A DNA stretch of 64,000 nucleotides. Source: Desulfovibrio sp. GTDB taxonomy: Bacteria; Desulfobacterota; Desulfovibrionia; Desulfovibrionales; Desulfovibrionaceae. Made by a program: the position numbers and the translations under genes. Shown one piece after another: positions 9,471 through 18,602 of this stretch. The notes beneath the pieces were generated by a model. The model did not search any database, had not been told where the DNA came from, and saw only the letters and a list, made by a program, of their open reading frames with translations. The stretch spans positions 1,338 through 65,337 of the forward strand of contig JAILMX010000214.1 of NCBI GenBank assembly GCA_024692205.1. The letters are read 5' to 3'. Numbering within the stretch: position 1 is the first letter of the stretch; the number at the start of each line of letters is the position of its first letter.

Positions 9471-10085
9471 TCACGCGCCAAGGGCGCTCTCTTCCCTGCC
9501 GGGATCGGTCGATTGGCCGGCGCGTATCAGCTTTTGCAGTTTTCTGGCGTAACGGTCAGACTCGCTATACACGCAACCGCAGTACGGCTGGCGATAAATC
9601 CCCCATTCTTTGGAGATGTCTATTCCGTCCTGCCAGTAAGCCCTGAAATCCCTGTATACGAACGTAAGCTTTTTGTCTTCGGCGCACCGCCGGCCGATTT
9701 CCGCAATATAATCATGCGGCTGATACTTGGAATACAGAAGGCTCGTCGAGACATTCTCAAACCCCAGGGCAAGAGCCTTGTCAAAAGCCGCCTGCACACG
9801 GCTCGCACAGCACCAGTGGCAACGGGCAGGAGCTTCATCCTGGCCGTACGCGGCACGAAGCCAGGCCGTGATATCCCAGGTTTCATCTTCGTAAAGAATG
9901 GGAACGCCTAGTCGCTCCGCGCACTCCCCGGCAGCCTCGCGTCTGCGCAGGTACTCCGCGAGCGGCTGGATATTCGGATTCATATACCAAGCCGTAACGT
10001 CGTAGCCATCATCGTGCAGACGTTTCACGGTCATGATGGAGCACGGGCCACAGCAGACATGCAGAAGCAGTTTTTCAGCAGGCAT
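9471..10085 (-). CDS. queH: epoxyqueuosine reductase QueH (DUF208)
   Basis: N-terminal LLLHVCCGPCS and C-terminal CGCVYSE cysteine motifs; about 200 aa. Confidence 0.85.
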   Translation of the reverse strand: MPAEKLLLHVCCGPCSIMTVKRLHDDGYDVTAWYMNPNIQPLAEYLRRREAAGECAERLGVPILYEDETWDITAWLRAAYGQDEAPARCHWCCASRVQAAFDKALALGFENVSTSLLYSKYQPHDYIAEIGRRCAEDKKLTFVYRDFRAYWQDGIDISKEWGIYRQPYCGCVYSESDRYARKLQKLIRAGQSTDPGREESALGA

Positions 10086-10088
10086 CCC

Positions 10089-12164
10089 CTAGCCCTTTAT
10101 GGCGATTTCCAGGTGGCGCCCCATTTCCCTCTCGATCTCCTGAAGCATGGAGCGCTTATGATTGAGCAGATACAGCCCCAATTCGCGGGAAGCCTCATAG
10201 ACATAGACCTCACGGTTCGACAGCCGCATTTGCCTGCGTATCTCAAGGGAAGCCTGCAGGGCCTGTCCCTCCATATTCCGGCGCTGTCCTGTCCCTCCGC
10301 AGAACGGGCACGGTTCCTGCGCGATGGAAAGCGCCGAGAAGCCGGTTCGCTGACGAACGAGCTCAAGCAGGCCGAAGGAACTCATGCGCTCCACGTCATA
10401 CCGCGCCCTGTCTGACTTCATCGCCTGACGAAGAGTCTTCTCCACTTCCTGCACATGTTTTTTCTCACGCATCTCTATGAAATCTATGACAACCTGACCG
10501 CCGATGTCCCGCAGGCGAAGCTGACTGGCTATCGTCTCCGCAGCCTCCATATTCGTCTTGAAAGCCATGGCCTCGAAGTTGCCCTTTCCCGATATCTTGC
10601 CGGAATTGATGTCTATCGCCATCAGGGCTTCCGTCTGGTCAAAAACAAGTCTGCCACCGGAAGGCAGGATGACCTCGCGCGAATAGAGCTGATCAATCTG
10701 GCCGCGCATGCCGAAACGATCCCACAGCGGCTGCCCGGTATCCGAGTAGAGATGCACGAGCCCCTTCTTACGCGGAAAAAGCAGATTGACCATCGCCTCA
10801 ACACTCTGAGCGACATCCTCCTGGTCGACCCATATCTCAGCGACATCGTCCGTCAGATAATCACGCACCGCCCTCTCCACAAGGCCGGGCTCCTTATACA
10901 CGAGAGACGGGGCCCTCTCTTCAGTGCCTTTTTTGCGAATGTCCTTCCAAAGGCGCTTCAGATACTGCAGGTCATTCTTCAAAGTGGTCTTCGTCGTGCC
11001 CGCGCTGACGGTTCTGACGATCACCCCCATGCCCTTCCCCGGATCAATACCGTTGATCATTTCGCGAAGGCGCGAGCGTTCCGCCTCATCGTCAACCTTT
11101 CTGGAGACGCCGATTTGCTCCTGACCGGGGGTGAGCACGAGGAAACGCCCGGCAAGAGACAGCCACGTCGTCAAAAAGGCCCCTTTGTTTCCCGTGGGTT
11201 CCTTGACTACCTGAACGAACACTTCCTGACCGGGTTTGAGAACCTTCTGTATCGGCGGAAACTTTTTTCCCTTTGCCGGCTCGTGATGGGTGAGCCAATA
11301 TTCGGGATGAACCTCGTCGATCTGCAGGAAACCGTTTTTGCCGACCCCATAATCGACAAAGGCTGCCTGCAGGTTCGAATCAATATTGTGAATGACCCCC
11401 TTGTAGATATTTCCCTTCATTTTCTGCTGGTGGATCATGTCAAGGTAGTACTCAAGCAGGCGGCCTTCTTCGGCAAGGGCAACTTCAATCTGTTCCCCCG
11501 CCAGAACGCTGAAAAACATTTTCCGCCGGCCGCGCGATGCGGACTTCTTGCCTTTCGCGGAAGAGGATGCCGCGCTTTTCGCCTTTGCAGCCCTCTCCCG
11601 ATTTTTCCCCGGAGAGGCACCGCCCTGCACTGGGCCAGAAACGGCATCCCCGGCTTCGCTTTCTGTTTCAGCGGTCTCGAAGGCTGCTTCCTCCATATCC
11701 CCGTTCCTAACAGAAACGGATTCATCGGCCGGCAGGTTTCCATGCTCCGCATTCGAAGCAGGCTCTGCGGGAACCTGCTGTTCATCATCCTTTGCCGCCA
11801 AAGGCGTCTTGCGCCTCCGGCCGCGCCCTCCGCGGCGACCGCGATGGCTCTTGCGCGGAGCAGTGTCTCCCTCCTCCCCGGCAGAGGATACTTGGTCACC
11901 ATCCACGCCGACATCTGCGGGATGTTCGGCAGAAGCGGGCTGTTCACTCCTCACTCCGCCAGCGGATAGTGTAGAGTCGGCATCGGCTACGGCAGCCCCC
12001 TGCTTTGGTTGATCCGCATTCGTTCTTGAAGAAGACCGCCGTGCTGGCCGCCGAGCAGATTTTTTCCTGACGGCCTGTGACAGTGACGATTCCTGCGCCC
12101 CCCCCTCTTGAGACGAGACGGATTCTTCGACAGGAGATTCCAAAAGATTTTCCTTTTCAGACAT
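10089..12164 (-). CDS. rne: ribonuclease E/G family endoribonuclease with a disordered N-terminal extension
   Basis: S1 domain (GNIYKGVIHNIDSNLQAAFVDYG), DNase-I-like region (AIDINSGK) and Zn-link CPFCGGTG. The first approx 215 residues are Ser/Ala/Glu/Arg-rich low complexity. Confidence 0.85.
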   Translation of the reverse strand: MSEKENLLESPVEESVSSQEGGAQESSLSQAVRKKSARRPARRSSSRTNADQPKQGAAVADADSTLSAGGVRSEQPASAEHPADVGVDGDQVSSAGEEGDTAPRKSHRGRRGGRGRRRKTPLAAKDDEQQVPAEPASNAEHGNLPADESVSVRNGDMEEAAFETAETESEAGDAVSGPVQGGASPGKNRERAAKAKSAASSSAKGKKSASRGRRKMFFSVLAGEQIEVALAEEGRLLEYYLDMIHQQKMKGNIYKGVIHNIDSNLQAAFVDYGVGKNGFLQIDEVHPEYWLTHHEPAKGKKFPPIQKVLKPGQEVFVQVVKEPTGNKGAFLTTWLSLAGRFLVLTPGQEQIGVSRKVDDEAERSRLREMINGIDPGKGMGVIVRTVSAGTTKTTLKNDLQYLKRLWKDIRKKGTEERAPSLVYKEPGLVERAVRDYLTDDVAEIWVDQEDVAQSVEAMVNLLFPRKKGLVHLYSDTGQPLWDRFGMRGQIDQLYSREVILPSGGRLVFDQTEALMAIDINSGKISGKGNFEAMAFKTNMEAAETIASQLRLRDIGGQVVIDFIEMREKKHVQEVEKTLRQAMKSDRARYDVERMSSFGLLELVRQRTGFSALSIAQEPCPFCGGTGQRRNMEGQALQASLEIRRQMRLSNREVYVYEASRELGLYLLNHKRSMLQEIEREMGRHLEIAIKG

Positions 12165-12564
12165 AAACAGCCTTTATCCATTCAAAATGTAAAAAAACAA
12201 TGCCGCAGACCGGCATTCAGTCCGAATGCCAGACGGTGACGCCCCTCATCCTTACAGCTTTCCCGAAATGGCAAAACCCATCTCGACGTTCCATCAGCAG
12301 GAGGATGCGGCGACACGCATGCCTGCACGCGCAAATTTCTACTGCTGTTACGGCACCAATTCCCTGCCAAGAGCAGGAGCATTGTTCAAGGCTCTTCACC
12401 CGAGAGAACCCTATGCATGTCATGCTGGAAAACAAAACGATACAATGCCAAATGCCGCCACGACTACCCAACGTCACCTCTTGGCAGAAGCGATGATCGT
12501 CTGTATCATACGCAGGTTCGTTTCTTTTTGCCACAACTCACCTCGGAAGGAAAGAGCTCTGCTC

Positions 12565-13188
12565 ATGCCGCCCAGTCCTCATCGTTCCGCACAAAACCCC
12601 TTACCGTCTGAAAAAAACGCCCTGCGCCGGCGAATGCGTGAACTGAAAAGCAGTCAAACAGCGGAGGACATGGAGGCATGGAGCAAAAAGGCCCAGCAGA
12701 GGCTCATAGAATCAGATCTATGGCAAAAAGCGCAATCCGTTGCCCTGTTCCACGCAGCAGCAGGAGAGATCGCAACGACACGCCTTCTCGCAGACCTTTG
12801 GGAACGAAACAGAACGGTCTTTCTGCCCCGGGTTTGTCCGGGGCTCCAAGGTCGTATGGAATTCATTCCCTGCACGCGCAAGACTCCCCTGGTGCAGAGC
12901 AGATTCGGCATACAGGAGCCTTCTTGGGAATTGGCAGGCTTTTCGGCAGAATCTGCTGGCACGGCTTTTTGTCCCGATCTCATCATCGTTCCGGGTCTCG
13001 CCTTTGACGTATCGGGAAACCGCCTGGGCCATGGTGGCGGCTATTACGACCGTTTTCTCAAGCACCTCGGTGGGACCGTGAGAATTGGCCTTTGCTTTGC
13101 GTTCCAGATCGCCGATTCCGTACCGCATTGTGCGTGGGATCAACCGGTTCACTCCCTCTGCACGGAGGACAAACTTCTATGCCTTTGA
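12565..13188 (+). CDS. 5-formyltetrahydrofolate cyclo-ligase
   Basis: LRRRMRELK ... GLAFDVSGNRLGHGGGYYDRFL. ATG at 12565 is preceded by GGAAGGAAAG. The 113 residues added by the track start 12226 show no similarity to anything. Confidence 0.8.
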   Translation: MPPSPHRSAQNPLPSEKNALRRRMRELKSSQTAEDMEAWSKKAQQRLIESDLWQKAQSVALFHAAAGEIATTRLLADLWERNRTVFLPRVCPGLQGRMEFIPCTRKTPLVQSRFGIQEPSWELAGFSAESAGTAFCPDLIIVPGLAFDVSGNRLGHGGGYYDRFLKHLGGTVRIGLCFAFQIADSVPHCAWDQPVHSLCTEDKLLCL

Positions 13189-13955
13189 GCTTCATTGAAT
13201 TCTCTTTTCCCGGCATCACGAACATTCATTGCGCATTCCAGGTTCGCTCAGGCAACCTGCACTCCCCTTTCGACGGCGGAAACATCTCGCTTGATCTGCA
13301 GTGGAACATCATGGAGACCCAAAAGAACCGCAGTGAACTGCTCTCAAAACTGTCAGACCGGGGACTCACGCACATGGCAGAGCTGCATCAGGTGCATGGC
13401 GAGGCCATGGTGTTCGAACCGACAGCGGTTGAAACGGAACTTCCGCCGCGAACAGATGCCGACGGCATGGCCACGGCATGTCCGGGCAAGGGGCTTCTCA
13501 TAAAGACGGCTGACTGCCAGCCCATTTTCATTGCCGACTGTCACGGCCGAGCCGTCGCCGCGATCCATGCGGGCTGGCGCGGCAACAGATGCGCTTTCCC
13601 GACGACAGCTGTCGCCCGTTTCTGCGAACGGTACTCGCTTTCTCCAAACGAACTTGTCGCTGTCCGCGGCCCCAGTTTAGGCCCGGCAAAAGCCGAATTC
13701 GTCAACTTTGAAAGAGAATGGGGCAGCGAATTCACTGAATGGTTTGACGCCGGCACCCGAACAATGGATCTCTGGAACCTTACCCGCCATCAGCTCCACG
13801 CGGCCGGCATCCCCGAACGGCAGATTTTCGGGATAGACCTCTGCACGTTCTCAAACGACGCTTTCTTCTCCTACCGGCGCGACAAAAACACTGGCCGTCA
13901 GGGAAACCTGATTTGGATAGAAGCTTCCGGCGACACCCGACGCACGCCCCAATGA
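13179..13955 (+). CDS. pgeF: peptidoglycan editing factor PgeF / YfiH (DUF152) family
   Basis: HQVHG, TADCQPIF and AIHAGWRG motifs. ATG at 13179 with a GGAGG SD at 13164-13168. Overlaps the preceding gene by 10 nt. Confidence 0.85.
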   Translation: MPLSFIEFSFPGITNIHCAFQVRSGNLHSPFDGGNISLDLQWNIMETQKNRSELLSKLSDRGLTHMAELHQVHGEAMVFEPTAVETELPPRTDADGMATACPGKGLLIKTADCQPIFIADCHGRAVAAIHAGWRGNRCAFPTTAVARFCERYSLSPNELVAVRGPSLGPAKAEFVNFEREWGSEFTEWFDAGTRTMDLWNLTRHQLHAAGIPERQIFGIDLCTFSNDAFFSYRRDKNTGRQGNLIWIEASGDTRRTPQ

Positions 13956-14995
13956 CCTCCCTGAAACAAAAAGACGCGCTCCTCCTCACCCTCATCGGCA
14001 CAGGCTGGATCTTCTCGCTGCCTCTTGCCTGCCTCGGGGGGCCCTATCCTCTCGACGGGGAGACGATCTGGCGGACCTTGGCGAATTTCGCGGGACTGTC
14101 CGTTCCCAACGACGCAAATGGCACGCAGCAGCTCATCATCACCAACATCCGTTTCGCCAGGGTATGCCTCGCCGCTGTCTGCGGCGGCATTCTCGCCACC
14201 TCCGGCCTCTGCCTGCAGGGCGTCCTGCGCAATCCTCTGGCGGAACCCTTCACGCTCGGCATCTCCGCCGGAGCGGCCTGCGGAGCAAGCTTAGCCATCG
14301 CTCTCGGTGAGATCCCGCTCCTGACGGCCCTCTTTCACATGCCGCAACACGCCGCATTCATCTCTCTTTCTGCCCTTTCGGGAGCACTTTTCGCCGTCTT
14401 CGCAGCACTCTGGCTGGGACGCAGCCGAAAAGGTCTGGACAAGGAGCATATCATTCTCGCCGGCATCGCCGTCTCCACGTTCTTCGGCGCCCTTGTCGCT
14501 CTCGTTAAGGCCCTGAACGAAGAATCCGTCACAAGCATCGTCTTCTGGATTCTCGGCTCCTTCCAGGGCAGAGGGTGGGAGAGCATGCCGCTCCTTTTGC
14601 TGGCATCGCTTCCCGCGCTGTTCGTCCTTGCCTTCCGGTGGCGTACGCTTGATGTGCTGGCTTTCGGTGACGTACAGGCGGGTCAAATGGGCATCGACGT
14701 CGGTAAAAACCGTTTTCTCATTCTCGTCGCAGTCGGTTGCATGACAGCGGGATGCGTGGCTGTTGCCGGCGTCATCGGCTTCGTCGGCCTCGTCATTCCG
14801 CATACCCTGCGCCTTTTGCTGGGAGCGGCTCATGGCCCGCTGCTGATCGGGGCATTCTTCGGAGGCGGACTTCTCCTCGTCTGGGCGGATGTCATCGCGC
14901 GGACAACACTCACAGGCGGGCAAGAGATTCCGGTAGGCGTCGTCACAGCACTGCTGGGGGGACCTTTCTTCGCCCTTTTGGTGAAGCAGCGATGA
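13952..14995 (+). CDS. FecCD/BtuC-family ABC transporter permease (iron-chelate/cobalamin type)
   Basis: Multi-TM protein with FTLGISAGAACGASLAI and C-terminal GVVTALLGGPFFALL. Its ATG overlaps the pgeF stop (ATGA). Confidence 0.85.
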   Translation: MTSLKQKDALLLTLIGTGWIFSLPLACLGGPYPLDGETIWRTLANFAGLSVPNDANGTQQLIITNIRFARVCLAAVCGGILATSGLCLQGVLRNPLAEPFTLGISAGAACGASLAIALGEIPLLTALFHMPQHAAFISLSALSGALFAVFAALWLGRSRKGLDKEHIILAGIAVSTFFGALVALVKALNEESVTSIVFWILGSFQGRGWESMPLLLLASLPALFVLAFRWRTLDVLAFGDVQAGQMGIDVGKNRFLILVAVGCMTAGCVAVAGVIGFVGLVIPHTLRLLLGAAHGPLLIGAFFGGGLLLVWADVIARTTLTGGQEIPVGVVTALLGGPFFALLVKQR

Positions 14996-15807
14996 TACAC
15001 GTTGAATCGCTTTTCGCAGGCTACGGCCCCAATACGGTACTTCACGGAATCGACTTTGACGCCGATCACGGAGAACACATTTCGGTATTGGGAACGAACG
15101 GCAGCGGCAAAACGACCTTTCTTCACGCCCTTTCCGGTCTGCTCAAACCCCAATCCGGCCGGATTCTCCTCTTCGGAAAAAACATTGCGGAAATGCCTCC
15201 GCGCAAACGCGCAGGCCAAATCGCGATAATGCCCCAGCGATCCATCTGCCCCCCGGGCATTACCGTGCGCCATGCGGTTCTGCTCGGCCGATATCCGCAT
15301 CTGTCGTGGCTGGGTACTTTTTCAGCGAAAGATCATGAAATCGCCGAAAACGCCATGGAAACGACCCGGACCGCGGCCCTGGCCGGAAGGATGCTTTCCG
15401 AGCTTTCAGGAGGAGAAATGCAAAGGGTGATGCTGGCGCGTACGCTGGCTCAGAAGACGCCCCTGATTCTGCTGGACGAACCCGCGGCGCATATCGACCC
15501 GGCCTATGCGATAGAACTTTTTGATCTTCTGGAGCAGCTCAGGCGCAACGGTCTCTGCATCATCACCGTCATGCACGACTGCAACCTGGCGGCACTGTAC
15601 GCCACGCGGATGATGGGCATGAAAAACGGAAAAATACTGTTCGAAGGCCCTGTCAACACCGTTTTCTCAGAAGCCTGCCTGAGTGAACTGTACTCCATGC
15701 CCGTCAGAGTCCTGCGCACAGCGGAGTTTTCCTTTCCCGTTGCCGTGCCGGCAAAGACCTGTGGCTGTTCTGCGGTTCCCTTGAGTGTTGCGGCACCCAC
15801 CAGATAG
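14992..15807 (+). CDS. ABC transporter ATP-binding protein (FecE/BtuD type)
   Basis: Walker A GTNGSGKTT, signature LSGGEMQR, Walker B LILLDEP. ATG at 14992 overlaps the permease stop (ATGA). Confidence 0.85.
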   Translation: MIHVESLFAGYGPNTVLHGIDFDADHGEHISVLGTNGSGKTTFLHALSGLLKPQSGRILLFGKNIAEMPPRKRAGQIAIMPQRSICPPGITVRHAVLLGRYPHLSWLGTFSAKDHEIAENAMETTRTAALAGRMLSELSGGEMQRVMLARTLAQKTPLILLDEPAAHIDPAYAIELFDLLEQLRRNGLCIITVMHDCNLAALYATRMMGMKNGKILFEGPVNTVFSEACLSELYSMPVRVLRTAEFSFPVAVPAKTCGCSAVPLSVAAPTR

Positions 15808-15834
15808 CTTCTCCCGGACGATTGCCCCGCCCCG

Positions 15835-16851
15835 TCAGCAGATACGCGGCAACTGGGCACCCTCAAGCATGGTCAACAGGCGTTCCCCCCCTATGGGCGT
15901 CTTCAGTATCACCCGCCCCGCTTTCTCCGCTCTCACGGAGCCTATCCGGGCGGCATCCTTGCCATAGGGGGTATTACGCATCGCCGTCAATGCGGCGTCG
16001 GCCTGTTCCTCAGGCACAATGCAGATGCACTTGCCTTCGTTCGCCAGATACAAAGGGTCAAGCCCGAGGAAGGAACAACCGTTTTTCACCGATTCCCTGA
16101 TCGGTATGGCAGACTCATCCAGATAGATGCCCACGTTAGACTGCTGGGCTATTTCATTCAAGGTCGTGGCCAGGCCGCCGCGCGTGGGATCCCGCAGCAC
16201 ATGGACATCGGGACATGCCGAGAGAATGCTTTCGACCATTCCGTTCAACGGTGCCGAATCGGATGCCGTATCCGCGAGAAAGGAAAGGCCCTCCCGGCTG
16301 TTCATGACAGTCAGGCCATGATCCCCGACAAAGCCGCTGATCAAGACGGCATCGCCGCTCGCAGCGCTATGCCCGGAAGGCGCGGGATCAACGATGACTT
16401 CGCCCACCCCCGTCGTATTGATGAAGACCTTGTCACAGCAGCCGCGCGGCACGACCTTGGTGTCACCGGTCACTATCTGAACGTCAGCCGCCCGTGCAGC
16501 GTTGCCCATATCGGCCGCTATGCGCTCTAAGACGGATAGGGACAGGCCTTCCTCCAAGATGAAGGCGCAGGTGAGATACCGGGGACGGGCCCCCAGCATG
16601 GAGACGTCATTGACGGTGCCGTGCACGGCAAGAGTGCCTATGCTTCCGCCGGGGAAAAAAAGAGGTGTCACGGTATACGAATCGGTGCTCATGGCGAGCG
16701 GCGCATGCAGGTCTTTCAGCAAAGCGGCGTCGTCAAGGGTATCCAGGAGCGGATTGGAAAAGTTCCGAACAAAGCATTGCGCTATCAAGCGCTGCGAAGC
16801 CATGCCGCCGCTGCCGGCATCAAGCAGGAGTATCGCATCTTCCGCCATCAT
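15835..16851 (-). CDS. hypE: hydrogenase maturation protein HypE
   Basis: AIR-synthase-like fold with N-terminal LLDAGSGG and the diagnostic C-terminal PRIC. MMAED start overlaps the hypD stop (TGATG). The 103 extra residues of the track ORF lie inside hypD. Confidence 0.9.
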   Translation of the reverse strand: MMAEDAILLLDAGSGGMASQRLIAQCFVRNFSNPLLDTLDDAALLKDLHAPLAMSTDSYTVTPLFFPGGSIGTLAVHGTVNDVSMLGARPRYLTCAFILEEGLSLSVLERIAADMGNAARAADVQIVTGDTKVVPRGCCDKVFINTTGVGEVIVDPAPSGHSAASGDAVLISGFVGDHGLTVMNSREGLSFLADTASDSAPLNGMVESILSACPDVHVLRDPTRGGLATTLNEIAQQSNVGIYLDESAIPIRESVKNGCSFLGLDPLYLANEGKCICIVPEEQADAALTAMRNTPYGKDAARIGSVRAEKAGRVILKTPIGGERLLTMLEGAQLPRIC

Positions 16852-17948
16852 CAGTGCTCCGTATATTTGAACCACGCCGCGCAGCTGCCTTCCGTGGAGA
16901 CCATGCAGGGTCCCACGGGGAGCGCCGGGGTGCATTTTTTTCCAAAAAGGGGACATTGTTTCGGGGAGATTGCCCCCTTGAGAACATCGCCGCAACGACA
17001 TCCCGGAATCGGGGCCACATCCTCTAACTGAATGCCAAGGCGTACGCGAGCATCCATATCCGCATACTCGGGATTCAGGGCATACCCGCTGCCGGGTATC
17101 CTCCCGAGGCCGCGCCAGAGAGCATCCGCTTTGACGAAAACCTGTTCCAGAAGCTCGCACGCCCGCGGGTTACCGTCGTCACTGACGGCCCGGGGGTAGG
17201 CGTTGACTATCTCCGCGCGCCCGTCACGCAGCTGCTCCGCCATAGTGCAGAGAGCGAGAAGGATATCGACGGGTTCAAAACCGCCTATGACGCCGGGAAC
17301 GCCGTACTCCTCAGCCAAAAAGGAATACGGCCGCATGCCGAGAATGGTTGAAACGTGCCCCGGCAGAAGAAAGGCGTTGATATCGGTGGCTTTGTCGTCA
17401 AGAAGCGTCCGAAGAACCGGCGGAACGAGCTTGTGCAGGGAGAACACGCAAAAATTATTGATCTTCTGCTGCCGCGCCGCAAGCAAGGTTGCGGCGACGG
17501 TCGGCGCCGTCGTCTCAAAACCTATTCCCAGAAAGACGATGACATCAGACGGATTGTCACGCGCAAGGGCAAGTGCGTCCAATGGAGAATAGACGATCTC
17601 GATACGGGCGCCTTCAGCCCGGGCATGTTTGAGGCAACGGCCTTTCGGCCCGGGAACGCGCAAAAGATCCCCGAAGGTCGCCAGCACGACATGATCCCTG
17701 CCCGCCAGCTTCATAAAAGCGGCTATCTCTGCGTCGTGCGTGACGCAGACGGGGCATCCCGGTCCGGAAAGATGGGTGACGGAATCGGGCAGCATTGAGC
17801 GCAGGCCGCTCTGAAAAATGGCAACGGTATGCGTGCCGCAAACCTCCATGAAACGCATCTTTCGTCCCTGCAACGCCCTCTCCAAACGCCGGATGAGCGT
17901 ACGGCACAGTTCAGGATCTCTGAAAGCGCTATCAAATGAAACAGCCAT
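16851..17948 (-). CDS. hypD: hydrogenase maturation protein HypD
   Basis: CGTHT, GPGCPVCV and C-terminal PCMVSTEGSCAAWFKY motifs. Confidence 0.9.
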   Translation of the reverse strand: MAVSFDSAFRDPELCRTLIRRLERALQGRKMRFMEVCGTHTVAIFQSGLRSMLPDSVTHLSGPGCPVCVTHDAEIAAFMKLAGRDHVVLATFGDLLRVPGPKGRCLKHARAEGARIEIVYSPLDALALARDNPSDVIVFLGIGFETTAPTVAATLLAARQQKINNFCVFSLHKLVPPVLRTLLDDKATDINAFLLPGHVSTILGMRPYSFLAEEYGVPGVIGGFEPVDILLALCTMAEQLRDGRAEIVNAYPRAVSDDGNPRACELLEQVFVKADALWRGLGRIPGSGYALNPEYADMDARVRLGIQLEDVAPIPGCRCGDVLKGAISPKQCPLFGKKCTPALPVGPCMVSTEGSCAAWFKYTEH

Positions 17949-17969
17949 GGCGTTTTCCTGTCAAAGTCT

Positions 17970-18602
17970 TTACGATTGAGGAAGCGTGTCGAAAACGGCC
18001 GTTCCTCGCGTCAGATCGCAAACGGTTCGTCTGAAGGGTTCGACCTGCGTTTCAGGCACGGACAAAAACATGCTGATCCCGCTGCCGTACTCACTTGAGA
18101 GCACGGATGCCCCGAAATGGCCGAGGGCATGCTGCACGCCTTCAAAATGGACATAGGCGCACGACAGCTTCAGGGAAGCACGGGCCTGATTCTCCTCTGT
18201 CGGCAGGTTTTCCAGATTACGGCGCACGGCATCCTGATACGCGCGGACGAGCCCCCCCGTGCCCAGTTTCACCCCGCCGAACCATCGCGTCACCACGGTG
18301 CAGATCTCGCCTATGCCGGAATGGAGCAAAACCTGCAGCATGGGGCGTCCGGCGGTGCCGTGCGGCTCCCCGTCATCGGAGAAACCGATCTGCCCCGTAT
18401 CACCCGCCTTGCCCGCGACGCACGCCCAGCAATGATGGGTCGCATCCGGAAATTTCATGCGGATGGATTCGACAAAAGCCCGCCCCTCTTCCAGGCTTGA
18501 TGCCCGGGCGCATTGGGCAAGGAAACGGCTTCGGCGCACCGTATGCTCGGTGGTGTGCGGGTGCGCGGCGTCAAGAGCCGGAACGCGATCCTCAGACATC
18601 AT
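17970..18602 (-). CDS. yigZ: IMPACT/YigZ-family protein (UPF0029)
   Basis: RSRFLA ... ATHHCWA ... DDGEPHGTAGRPML motifs. Start overlaps the relA 3' end by 11 nt. Confidence 0.8.
   Translation of the reverse strand: MMSEDRVPALDAAHPHTTEHTVRRSRFLAQCARASSLEEGRAFVESIRMKFPDATHHCWACVAGKAGDTGQIGFSDDGEPHGTAGRPMLQVLLHSGIGEICTVVTRWFGGVKLGTGGLVRAYQDAVRRNLENLPTEENQARASLKLSCAYVHFEGVQHALGHFGASVLSSEYGSGISMFLSVPETQVEPFRRTVCDLTRGTAVFDTLPQS

Noticed and set aside
12350-12368. sigma-54-like sequence GGCACCAATTCCCTGC upstream of the cyclo-ligase operon.
   Set aside because: The GG-to-GC spacing is 14 nt instead of 12, and the -12 element is CTGC rather than TTGC.
12182-12534. ORFs of 66-105 aa in the rne upstream region (12182..12382-, 12200..12496+, 12217..12534-).
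   Set aside because: They mutually overlap in several frames, are rich in Cys, Trp, His and Arg, have no SD, and lie where a long rne leader is expected.
12226-12564. N-terminal over-extensions of track ORFs: 12226 for the cyclo-ligase, 13092 pgeF, 13913 permease, 14737 ATPase, 17160 hypE, 29270 TAXI receptor, 32986 islet protein, 36367 TPR, 37672 activator, 43098 OYE, 50997 YeiH, 51010 FNT, 57511 bioB, 60364 bioW-bioF.
   Set aside because: In each case the extension overlaps the upstream gene or a terminator or promoter, has no similarity to the family N-terminus, and an internal ATG with a good SD coincides with the start of family homology or a signal peptide.
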